NCBI GenBank assembly: GCA_950097015.1 | Contig: CATNEN010000001.1 | Coordinates: 14,570,001-14,634,000 of the forward strand | DNA from: Macrostomum hystrix | Taxonomy: Eukaryota; Animalia; Platyhelminthes | Length of the DNA stretch: 64,000 nt | Reading direction: 5' to 3' | In this document: piece by piece, positions 37,717 to 49,157 of the stretch | Layout: every line of letters starts with the position of its first letter | How positions within the stretch are numbered: the stretch's first letter is position 1 | Notes under the pieces: generated by a model | What the model was told of the DNA's origin: nothing | What the model saw: the letters and a program-made list of their open reading frames with translations, nothing else | Database searches by the model: none | Translations under genes and position numbers: made by a program

Positions 37717-39575
37717 ATATAATGGCTCTGCAAATATGATGGCTCTGCAAATATAATGGCTCTGCAAATATAATATTCCTTATAGCATGGCGCTTGTAAT
37801 TAAAACAGCATGGCGTTGTTAATCAGAAACAGCATGGCACTGTTCATTAGAAACAGCACGGATATATATATTAAATTTATTATATATAAATGAAATCACA
37901 GTTTCTAGGATACATAGGCTAGGCTAAAGTAATATGGGCATTAAAGTGGGCATTAAAGTATCCAATTAAATAGATTGGGCTAGATGGATTTGTTAACCTA
38001 ATAGGCAATAGCCTGAATTTACAAAGCCACAACTTTGTAATGTTGACAAGATAAGAGTCATCAACAGGTCTATAGACAAAACATAAAAATAGAGGGACAG
38101 GTTTTAAGTTAGAATTTATCAAGACAAAATTTGCCAATTGACAACTGACAAGCAAATAGAATAGGGAGTTCTTAATATAAACGGAAATGCCTATTTTGTT
38201 GCCCATGAATTATGCCCCCAAAAGCAGCCTGGCCGATTGCAGATTGTGTAGAAATCATTGTCTCTTTCCTTCTAGCTAACAGGTAGGGCTCCAAGAGGCC
38301 AAGAAGTAGCATGAAAGGAAAATCTTAATGTGAATGACCATAAAAGAGGTTTCCTTTACACCGATACAATCTTGTCACAGGAAAACACATCTTTTAATGG
38401 TTGTTTTTATAATATCCCATGACCCAGTTACAAATTTTACAAATGAAAAAGCAACGTCTTTTAGCTCCAAATCCGTAAAAAATGATTTTAACTATGCTAG
38501 GAGTCTAAAGTTTATAGGTTAGTAGCATTCTATTCAAAGGTAGTCAATGGTAGTTTTTGGTGCAGATAGACGTCTAAGATTTTATACATATTTTCTATAA
38601 AAATATATCCATTTAAAATATGTTCAATAAAAACCAATTATTAGGATAATTGTTTACATAACAAAAATAATATATTAGGTTCCACTAGTGAAATCTCAAA
38701 GCCATTTCTTATAGTTCAAGGTGCGAGTGGGAGTGATAAGATGGGAGTGGAGGTGTAGTGTCTCACACTACTAGCACTTGGATTTGAATCTGAATTCTTA
38801 CACAGTGACCTCAAACAGCTGCACGACACGCGCCGAAAACGTGCAGCGTTTCAAATATCAATGCTATCTGCATTGAGCTAAGTATAACCATACATTATAA
38901 CAAAAAAACAAAACGTATAAATATAGCAACAAAAATATACTAAAATCTTGCAAATACTTAATTATTTTAAAGCGTTTAAAAATATATTAAAAGGAAACTA
39001 TTTTCAAAGCTATAAAAATACTTCAACAAGACGAAATGTAGGAAGCATTGACTTTATGGAAAGTCAAGGACATTGACTGATAACAAGTCAAACTCATGAA
39101 ATTCTAAAAATAGCCACAACTTTCTGTCCTGACCATCTAGAGGTGCCGGACTGGCGCCTCTAGACTCAGGGCGTCAACCTCTAGTCGAGAAATATCATTT
39201 CCAACATTGCCCGCCAATGACTGAAATTTCGATTTGGTCAATTTTCGAATAAGTATTGCTCTTTGACAAGTTAGGTAGCCGCTCAGAGCCCAAGTTGGCA
39301 CCCAAAAGACAATCTCGGGGGACTCAACCGGAATCTATAGAGCATCGCCAGGCCTTTCGAACGACACCAAAATCAGTTCCCGGGGACCTCGGGAACTGTC
39401 TCGAATCAGCCCGAGAAGGATGTAGGAAGCATTGACTTTAAGGAAAGTCAAGGACATTGACTGATAACAAGTCAAACTCATAAAATTCTAAAAAGAGCCA
39501 CAACTTTCTGTCCCGACCATCTAGAGGTGCCGGACTGGCGTAGTTGCACAGCGCGTAGTTAAGTTGCGGGTTTAC

Positions 39576-41947
39576 CTTCCGCTTGGCAGCCAGGGCCTCC
39601 CTCGCCGGCTGCGTTTGATGCCTTCGCTTCTGCCTTTTGGTCAGCCGAGGCGGCGGCGGCGGTGTCGGCGGCGGCGGCGGAGGTGTCGGCGGATGCGGCG
39701 GCGGCGGTGTCGGCGGCGGCGGTGGCGGGGGTGTCGGCGGATGTGGCGGCGGCACCAATGGTTGGGGCGGCGGCTGTGTCGGCGGCGGCGGCGGCGGGGG
39801 TGTCGGCGGATGCGGCGGCGGCGGAGGTGTCGGCGGATGCGGCGGCGGCGGTGTCGGCGGCGGCGGTGGCGGGGGTGTCGGCGGATGCGGCGGCGGCACC
39901 AATAGTTGGGGCGGCGGCTGTGTCGGCGGCGGCGGCGGCGGGGGTGTCGGCGGATGCGGCGGCGGCGGTGGCCCCGCGGTAGCCTCTGCTGCTGCTGCTG
40001 CTGGTGCTGTTGCTGCTGCTGTTGCTGCTGCTGCTGGTGCGGCTGCTCCGGCGCCGGCGGCCGCGGCGTCGACAGCCGCGACTGCATTCACCAGTGCTTG
40101 CGCTAAAAAATATGAATGGGCTAATGTTCATAAATTTAGAATGTCATAGTACGAGAGCGATGAGACACGGGAGAGATAAGACACGAGAGCGATGAGACAC
40201 GGGAGAGATTAGACACGAGAGCGATGAGACACAGGAGAGATTAGACACGGGAGAGATGAGACTCGGGAGAGATGAGACGCAGGAGAGATTAGACACGGGA
40301 GAGATGAGACACGGGAGAGATTAGACACAGGATAGATTAGACACGGGAGAGATGAGACACGGGAGACATGAGACACGGGATAGATTAGACACAGGAGAGA
40401 TTAGACACGGGAGAGATGAGACACAGGAGAGATTAGACACGGGAGAGATTAGACACGAGAGAGATGAAACAGGACACTGTAGATGTCAGAAGGGGCAACG
40501 GGCCGGATTTGGGAGCTTCGAGGGCCGCATCTGGCCCGCGGGCCGGAGTTTGCCGACCCCTGAATTAAATTATATTAATATTCAAATTAAAATAAGCGAA
40601 AGTTCGAATGTCAAATTTGTGTGCGTACGTCTACTGTACATCTGATACCAAAACTACACAGTTTCAAGACGAGAATGTGAAGACTAATTATTCGTTTATT
40701 CTACTTAATCATTGAGCTACATTTTTTTACTTTATTTCGAGATTTAGTCTGTTTAGCTTTTGTTTTATTAGAGAGGTTAAAATGAACTTAAACTGCAGTT
40801 TAGGGTGCGTTCGAGTAGCTTAAAATGACTTAAACTAAACTTAAACTTAAATTTAAGCTCTCAGCATTTAAGCTCTCAGCATTTAAGCTCTGAGCATTTA
40901 AGCTCTCAGCATTTAAGCTCTCAGCATTTAAGCTCTCAGAATTTAAGCTCTCAGCATTTAAGCTCTCAGCATTTAAGCTCTCAGCATTTAAGCTCTCAGC
41001 ATTTAAGCTCTCAGCATTTAAGCTCTCAGCATTTAAGCTCTCAGCATTTAAGCTCTCAGCATTTAAGCTCTCAGAATTTAAGCTCTCAGCATTTAAGCTC
41101 TCAGCACACTTACCAACTGGTGGGTCTTCAATTAAGCGGCGCAGAACCATACGCAGCTGCACTTCATCTAGGCGGTCAACGACGGTTGCCGCCTGAAGCC
41201 GCTGCGCCTCGACTGGCTGCTGCTGCGCCTCCAGCACGACCGGCTGCTGCTGCTGCGGGGCGACCGACGCCTGCAGAATGGCCGGCAGAGTGCGCAGGTC
41301 GCTCCCCTTAATTTGGACGCCGTGGGTCCATAGTGCCCACCGGGCATCCACGCGCCAGTACATCCTCTGGATTAAAATGGAATGGGTGGGATACAGCTCT
41401 CAGGTCAGCAAGAGAGCGAGAGCGAGAGCGACAGAGAGCGAGAGAGCGAGAGCGACAGAGAGCGAGAGAGCGAGAGCGAGAGAGCGAGAGCGAAAGCGAG
41501 AGCGAAAGTGAGAGCGAAAGCGAGAGCGAAAGCGAGAGCGAAAGCGAGAGCGAAAGCGAGAGCGAAAGCGAGAGCGAAAGCGAGAGCGAAAGCGAGAGCG
41601 AAAGCGAGAGCGAAAGCGAGAGCGAGAGAGCAAGAGCGTGCGAGCGAGAGCGAGAGAGCGAGAGAGGGAGAGCAAGTGGCAGGGAAGGAAAATAATAACA
41701 TAGGATAAGTACTTACGGCGTTACCGCCAGAGTACTGATACGTCTGAGGGGCGTGCCTTCTCGCCGGACCCGCACCCAGAACGCATTGGCACAAACGATC
41801 CCGCACCTGTGCGGGTTTGACTTGCATGTTTACCCAGATGGCAAATTTGCCAACTGGGCAAACAAAATGTCCACCGACAGGTGCCGGCTCAATTATTCGA
41901 GCTCCCATGCCTTCAGGGCCCCACTGCACTAGCTCCTCCACCTTCAT
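39576..41947 (-). CDS. Spliced gene of unknown function; exons 41947-41717, 41366-41114, 40102-39576 (3' end unresolved); globular N-terminus, Ala/Pro-rich linker, basic NLS-like end
   Basis: GTAAGT donors, TTTTAATCCAG and TTTTTTAG acceptors, phases 0 and 1 joining three ORF-track ORFs into one frame; ends RLTKRQKRR...AAKRK|gtaaac. Confidence 0.7.
40150..40475. repeat. ~16-bp minisatellite (AGACACGGGAGAGATK)
   Basis: Tandem copies in intron 2 of the unknown gene. Confidence 0.9.
40500..40562. mobile_element. hAT/Charlie-like terminal fragment
   Basis: GGGCCGCATCTGGCCCGCGGGCCGGAGTTTGCCGACCCCTG resembles Charlie-type ends (CAGGGGTCGGCAAAC on the other strand); no partner end is visible. Confidence 0.65.
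40850..41105. repeat. 15-bp minisatellite (ATTTAAGCTCTCAGC)
   Basis: About 17 copies starting immediately inside the intron donor. Confidence 0.95.
41410..41670. repeat. (GAGAGC/GAAAGC)n microsatellite
   Basis: Fills intron 1 of the unknown gene. Confidence 0.95.
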
Positions 41948-42552
41948 CTTGTTGTTGCTGGTTAGCGCTGGTTGTCAAATGAAGAAATCAGCTGAGAGTC
42001 GGTTGGTTGGTTGCAGGTCCCGTTGCTGTTGCTGCTGCTGCTGACACGGGGTTTTACTGTTGCTTGTAGGGTTAGGCTTAGGGTTAGCTGTTGGCTGACC
42101 GAAAAGCTGAAATGCCATAGATATCTTGCCACTATATCAGCTATAAATATATAGCGTTCGTGATATGATATTCATTGGTTCATGCTGTTTCTAATATTAT
42201 TGTGCACAAAACATGGAGCATTGTTTTTTTGTTCATTTTTGCTTTAGACTGGAGAATGAGATGAGGGGTGGCTAGGTTGGGAATTGGGTGGCTAGGTGGG
42301 GAGTTGGGTGGCTAGGTGACAGTGTCATGCTGTTTTAAATTAACAGCGCCATGCTATAAGGAATAGCATGGTACATATAGGAACATTTGCAAAAATGAAA
42401 CCCTAATCTCTTAGAGTTTCTATAGGAGCGAATACTCTAAGTTAGACGCCAGTGGCCGAAAACCTCTCAGCCGGTTCACGGCGACATAGGAGTCTCCAGA
42501 AAAGGAACTCAAAATCCAGGCGCATTTTTGAGTCTGCACATCCTTTTGTTAT

Positions 42553-43270
42553 CCAACACGCTAAAGACCGAGGTGCTGACCGTGCCGGCCGACATCCCAG
42601 CGGACCTGACGTGCCGCGGCGCAGACGGGCAGATCATCTCGCTCGCACGCTGCCAGCGCTTCACTTACCTCGGCGGTCTGGTGCCCAACGTGGAAGACGA
42701 CATCCGGCGGCGCAGAGGACTCGCATGGGCGGCCTACCGTTCGATCCGGGACGTCCTCCAGTCCACAGCGCTGCCTGACCGCCAGAGGGCTCGGCTGTGG
42801 CAGGCGGTGATCGAGACCGTCCTGCTGTACAACGCCGAGTCGTGGACGCTGACGGCTACGCTGGAGCGGCAGCTGGACTCGGCGCACTCGGGGCTGCTCC
42901 GTGCGGCCTTTCAAGCTGACGAGAGCGTCGGGACGGAGGCTCTGTACGAGAGAGCTCAGCTGCAACGCCCGTCCACCATCCTGCGCCAGCGACGACTTCG
43001 ACTAGCGGGCCACGTCATTCGGGCCGAAAGCTACTGCCGCCAGCCCGCCCAGGACGTCCTTCTGCTCACCCTGCAGGGCCCGTTCAGGCGCGGCCAGGCT
43101 CGGACCCGCCGCTACGTCGACTGCCTGCTGAGCGACGCCAGGGCGCCCGACACTGCCTCCGGCGCGGACCATGTTCGCGCGCTGGCTCTGCGGCGCATCA
43201 TTTGACGCCGCCCCCCTGACGTTTGGGGCTTGCGTATTTTGTTGTTGTGTTGTTGTTGTTGTTGTTGTTG
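42553..43270 (+). mobile_element. 5'-truncated non-LTR retrotransposon (RTE-like): RT C-terminus/thumb, short 3' UTR and (TTG)n tail
   Basis: NTLKTEVL, FTYLG, DIRRRRGLAWAAY, VLLYNAESWTLT, RRLRLAGHVIR; stop at 43205; microsatellite tail 43238-43270; abrupt GC-rich onset. Confidence 0.9.
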
Positions 43271-44163
43271 AAAAACATGAATTATCATGTTTATATGATA
43301 TACATTACTCAGATATGAAAGGACATGAGAAGAAACTTGAAAACATGAATTATCATGTTTATATGATATACAAGAAACATTGCTCTGTACATAGTGGAAC
43401 TATATCAAAGAAGCCGGGCACTACACGGCTATACAAGTATCGAGGCATCTGCCTGCAATCCTGTGTTGCAAAGTTGTTCAACCAAATGCTGCTGGCATCT
43501 TGACAATAGAAGACAATGAAAAACGAAAGGTCAGCACTAATTGAACACATTGAAGTCATATTCTGTATACTATGAGCTCATATACAAAGATATAAAAAGC
43601 TACTTCCATTTATTGTTCTCCATTTGACATCTCATGGCACATGCACTATTGAGAAAAGAAACTCATTTCAATACACAATAATCAGAAAAATGTAAAAAAA
43701 ATCTCGAAATCAACTGAAGTAGTATAAATGGATTTAAATTGTTCTTTATAACAAATGCTTCTTCAAATTCAAGGCAATTTTCACAATTGAGACAAAAAAA
43801 TATATATGTAATCTTAAATTATATAGACATGAAGTAATATCTTTGTCTACATAGTGTCTTTGTATGTCCATGAGGACAGTCAGAAGCTTACTACCTTGCC
43901 AGGGGCATCAATCACATGGTGATTAGACTGACTGGATGTGGTGACTACAGCACTTGGTTGAAAATGCAGTAAACATGAACAAGGTCCTTAGGCTCCAGGC
44001 TAGGCTCTCAAATAGGTAGCCCAGAAGCTCCACCAGGTTGTTCTCTGACTGGCTGGGGCTCCACCACAGGTAGGTAGAACTGGGGCAGTGGTGTTGGCAC
44101 AAAGCAGAAAAGCATGGACTTTCCCTGCAATGGCAAAAAAAGTAAAAAACACATACTAGAGCC

Positions 44164-44444
44164 CATACATGCGCAACCTCCCAAATCTTAGCCGGCCTTG
44201 CGACTTAGTTTTTGCTCTCATTTGCGACTTAGTTCGTTTCATTGCTCTATTTACGACTTAGTTTGCTCTCATTTGCTCTCTTTTTCTCTCCCCTTTTTCC
44301 TTTTCTTCACGCCTTCCTTTTTTGTCCCTTGGTCCCCCCTTTGATTTTTTTGCGCTTGGTCAATTGGTTTTTGCGACTTACCTTGCTTGGCCCTCGTTTC
44401 ATCCGGCCGGTTCGGCCGGCTCGGCCGGGTGTTGCGCTTGTATG
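44164..44444. mobile_element. 281-bp MITE with an 8-bp TSD (hAT-like)
   Basis: TIR CATACATGCGCAAC / GTTGCGCTTGTATG; TSD CTAGAGCC at 44156-44163 and 44445-44452; internal TTGCGACTTA repeats. Confidence 0.88.
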
Positions 44445-45425
44445 CTAGAGCCACAATAGCAAGAAAATTTTACAATTTCTTACTATAATAAATACAATAA
44501 ATAATATTACGAAAAATATTTTTACATTACACACTAAAATTACACATAGCAGAATTAGTCTACCACTAAATAAGAGCCAGATATCTTACCTGGGCCATAT
44601 CAACATTGAAGATCTTAATAGGCATAAAAATAATAGCAAAAGCTCTGAGTACTAGTGTCAGTGCAAGCAAAACTTTATTATAGCTAAAATGTGATAAGGA
44701 ACCAGTAAAACTTTAGTTTTATATTTTTTAATTGAATGTTTCAATGTTGAAAATTTAAAGCTTACAAGCATAGACTGTGGAAGTGCTATTACTTATATTT
44801 ATAGGCAATAATTTTGCCCCAATAGACAAAAAATACAATAGGCCTACTTACAACTACTGGACTGTTAATTTCAATTGGAAATAAGTGATTAATTTAAAGA
44901 AAATCAAATTCATCAAAACAGCCAAGTCAAGCTAATATTAGCCATAAAAATACTATACTTGTTAAAAAAAAGAAGAAATGTAAAATTATAGTAGATAGGC
45001 AAATAGATGGCTAAAATATAATATTGGATGAGTTCATGACATAATAGCTAGCCATGTGCAAACCCAAACCCAAAGAAAAAATAATAAGAATAGGAAATAA
45101 ACAATTTCACTACAAATTAAAAAAACCCTTCAGTTAACAATGCAATTGTTTACATAAAAAAATAGAAAAAAAATAAGAACGTCTTGATAAAATCAGAGCA
45201 AATAACTCATTGTTTAATAAATACTGGAAAAACTAGCTAATGTAAAGATAATGTCAATATAGCTAAAATAAGCTAAAGTCTAAAAACAAGAAAGAACAAG
45301 CTTGGTTTAAAATTAAATCATTTGCTTAGATTCACACATTTCATTAAGTATAAAAACTGTCAATTCTTAACAAGATAGATACTGTCTTGATTATTGATAA
45401 ACATATAACTAGGTCTAGGCATAGC

Positions 45426-46041
45426 CCAGTGTCAGGATCGTGTACTGGATACTGGTGTACGCCGGAATGAAATTTGATTCCCTAGCTCCTGTACGCCAAT
45501 GTACGCCAGCAGAATTATGTCGCTCACGAAAATACGCCAAGCAAAATTTGCACTTTCATTATGTTCTCACGCCCACGGAAATCAATTTCAATTTTAACGG
45601 TGACGGAATAACGGTATTATAAAGTCTATTAAGTTTACGACCGACAGACCAAAAACTGATTTTGAAAAAATTATGTTGATTAACAACATTAAACAAAGTG
45701 TTGACGGTAAAAATTTAATTTATCAAAGAAGACTTTTGTCTTTCAAACATTGTATATTTAAATAATGAATAAAAGGCTTAACGAAAAATTTTAAGCAATT
45801 GCTAGTACTGCACTTTTGAAAATTGACGTGATGTTGTTTGCAGAGTGGTGGAATTTTGAGAAATATTACGCTGTTTGCTGTTAATGTTATGCCGTAAACG
45901 CCATACGCCAAGTTACGCTGTTACTCCAGAGATGGGTATACGCCAAGGCGGGTGTACGCCAAGCTGTACGCCAACGGGGTACGCCAGACCCCTCTGTACG
46001 CCGGAATTTTCCGGCGTACAAGTATACCATCCGGAGTCTGG
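45426..46041. mobile_element. 616-bp MITE with an 8-bp TSD
   Basis: TSD GGCATAGC at 45418-45425 and 46042-46049; imperfect TIR CCAG..GGAT.GT.TACT..GTACGCCGGAA; many subterminal TACGCC motifs. Confidence 0.82.
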
Positions 46042-46755
46042 GGCATAGCTAGTAGGCCTATGTAATATAGGTAGCTATATAGCGTGACAGCTTATGCTGG
46101 AAAGCGAAAAACCTGGGGAATTTTCGGGAATAATAACTTATAATAAGTATAAATATACTAAGAATAGAAGTCCAAGAAAACCTAAATTATTTTAACGTTC
46201 CCAATAACAATACTGTGTTGGCCCATTTTTGCCGGACAGCCCTCGAAAAGTATCCAATTCGACAGCCAAAACCACAATAATACTTACAGTTGCATTTGAA
46301 TCTTTGTTCCTGCACTATGTTACGAGCAGTTCTTTTTGTTTAATTGACAATAGTTTGTACTTAAAGCCACTTTCTTTACATTAGTTTTGTAAGTTTTTGT
46401 CGGCGTCCAATTTAACAACGGTAGGCATTTTGCTGAAACATTTTATTAGTCTGCTTTTGCGACTTTAATATTGATTTAACAATACTGTGGAATAAAGAAA
46501 TATACCGTTACGTAGTAATGAAATCTTTCAATCATTTTTGTTGCGATTCAACATTGTGAAATCATGTAACTTAAGCTCTCAGTCCTTTAAATTTAAACTC
46601 AAGCGTGAAAGTCAACTTAATTACTCAATTCTAAAACAACTTAGTATATTTTTATACTAAGTCAATATAAACTCGTATATTTTTATGGTATATATCTGCA
46701 GTCAATGTTTTTTCACACCTGAAACCATCTCCCTCAACGAGGCCGAAGGACTTGC

Positions 46756-47793
46756 TTAAGTGTGGACATTTCTTGGTCGCAAAGTTCTTCCTGAATACGG
46801 CTTCTTTGCTCCAACGGCGTATTCATTTATGCTTTCGCGTCTTTTTCTCTTGACACTCGCCGCCACCGCTTCCTCTCGCTGCTTCGCTTCCTCTCGCTGC
46901 TTCGCTTCCTCTCGCTGCTTCGCTTCCTCTCGCTGCTTCGCTTCCTCTCGCTGCTTCGCTTCCTCTCGCTGCTTCGCTTCCTCTCGCTGCTTCGCTTCCT
47001 CTCGCTGCTTCGCTTCCTCTCGCTGCTTCGCCGCCTCCGCTTCCTCTCGCTGCTTCGCTTCCTCTCGCTGCTTCGCTTCCTCTCGCTGCTTCGCCGCCTC
47101 CGCTTCCTCTCGCTGCTTCGCTTCCTCTCGCTGCTTCGCTTCCTCTCGCTGCTTCGCCGCCTCCGCTTCCTCTCGCTGCTTCGCTTCCTCTCGCTGCTTC
47201 GCCGCCTCCGCTTCCTCTCGCTGCTTCGCCGCCTCCGCTTCCTCTCTCCTTGTCTCCGCATCGACACTCTCGTTTTCAAATCTGGTGCCACTTGTACCTG
47301 CAGTACCACATATCTCAATTTTCATTTGCCGCACACAGTTGATTGAAACTCGCAGCTCGCAAATCCGGGTGCGCAGCAGACAAAGCAAGTTCAAGCTGTC
47401 TAAGTGCTTCAGAAACGTGCGCTGTTATTACTAGAGGACATTTTTTGCACCTAAAAGACTCCATCCATGCAATTGAAGCCATTCTTTCCCTACCTCCGAA
47501 GCTTTCAGACGCTTGCTGGAATCCTGACGACAGTCTGACTCTTTACTACGTTTGCGAAAGATGGCCACTCCATCATAGTAGGCAAGAGCGATACCTCGTT
47601 CAAAGATGTATTTAAAATTTGAACCTTCAATCGTGCGAATGTTTCCAATTGATAAGGAGACACCCAGACTATCAGCTGCGCTGCGGACACCAGAGGCAAC
47701 TATTTTAATGCCGACGACAAGATCTTCGTCCGGAATCGCCTTTGGCAACGGACCATTTGCTTCGAAAATTGAAAACGGATCTTTGACAAAAGC
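46756..47793 (-). pseudogene. Unknown gene family, copy A: conserved domain, (KQREEA)n charged repeat and basic C-terminus; two frameshifts
   Basis: Acceptor TTCACTTCAG|GCT; reads AFVKDPFSIFEANGPLP...GIALAYYDGVAIFR...GKEWL; homologous to copy B. Confidence 0.7.
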
Positions 47794-49157
47794 CTGAAGT
47801 GAAGAAGAAAATATGTAACGGGTTATTGCGAGCTATTTATTGGTGACACTTCCATACATGTAGACACATAGACATAAAATCTTAGACGAAATAACTACTG
47901 ATTTTCATTGTTTTCATATTGAAACCAATACAGGACTGCATGGGAATAGAGGATTACAAGATAAAACAGATAATATTGGTTTTTGCATGCTAGGTACCGC
48001 GTGCGAACTGGGTTGCAACTATACATTCTGACGATGGTAGCGTCCTAAACTATGACGACCTCGGGACTACCAGTGGTGCGCTGCGACGGCAACGAAATGT
48101 AGGTCGCCTAAACCTGGCGATGTACGCTTTGTTTTAAATATGTTCGCTACTGCTTGGATAAGCTACGGGTTTTCGCTTTACCAGTGCCTACTCATGTCTG
48201 ATGTCATACCATGCACCCACATGAAGGCGTCTTCCCGCCGCACCCTGCTTAAATGGCAAAATGTCTTTGTCTCTGCGCCTTTTCTTATTCTTTTCGTCAC
48301 ATCACTGCTTTTACTTTCTTTTCTATATAAATGACCCAGATATGTATCATAATTTTTGCGGCTACTAATCCTACTAATCCAGTTATCGTTTTGTTAAGTA
48401 GTTTGTCGTTGCCACTAGATCATCGGTTCCTACAATATTTTTAATATCTCTTATAAGCAGGATTGATTAGTCAGGGTGCACACGAAACATTCTGCACATT
48501 AATCGATTAACCTTTAAACTGACTATGAATCCGTTGGCATGACTTCTTAGGATAGGAAGGCTTTATTGTGCTTGATAGCGCCAGATTTTACTATCTTTTT
48601 TATTAAATAGCAATGTAGTACGCTCGTGCGCCTTGTATGTATTGTTTTACCTTGTATGCCCAAGGTGTTGATCATTATTGAACTTACCATCGGGCCTCAA
48701 ATGCATAAGGCAAGTTCATAAGATAAATTCAAGTTCCGGTTCTGAATATTTTCCAATCAGATTTTGACGGTCCGACTCGTTTATTCGTTTTGTCAGTAGT
48801 CATAAACATAATATACGAGTACTATAGAATAGAATAGAATATAATAATGGAGAGCTCACACGGTTAAACATTTCACCTTACGATCAAGTCGTCAAACATT
48901 GTACGCTCGTATATGAAAACACATCAAAGCGAAAGCTAAATAAAAAAGTGTAGTACTATTGGTATCAGGGGTCCGCTATCTCCTGCGTAAGATCGTATGG
49001 CAACTCGTACGCATAAACATGAAGCATAAGGAGTACATCCCTTAATTGACATTGAGCTATTGAGTTAAATTCACAAGTTTCGATTGCACAAAAGCGCATT
49101 CATATGGTTCGCAAAAATCATCAAATTATTCTCGTCCCTGCAATTAGCAACATAAGT

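Larger units (their letters stand above)
37776..42363. mobile_element. ~4.6-kb TIR element flanked by TA, with no recognisable transposase
   Basis: Left end TA|TTCCTTATAGCATGGCGCTTGTAATTAAAACAGCATGG; right end (reverse complement) TA|TTCCTTATAGCATGGCGCTGTTAATTTAAAACAGCATGA. The first 19 bp are identical, within a ~40-bp imperfect TIR. Confidence 0.72.

Noticed and set aside
28000-42087. TAACCC/GGGTTA telomere-like hexamers at ~28001, 29555 and 42069
   Set aside because: Each has only 2-3 units and is embedded in repeat modules; this is not an interstitial telomere array.
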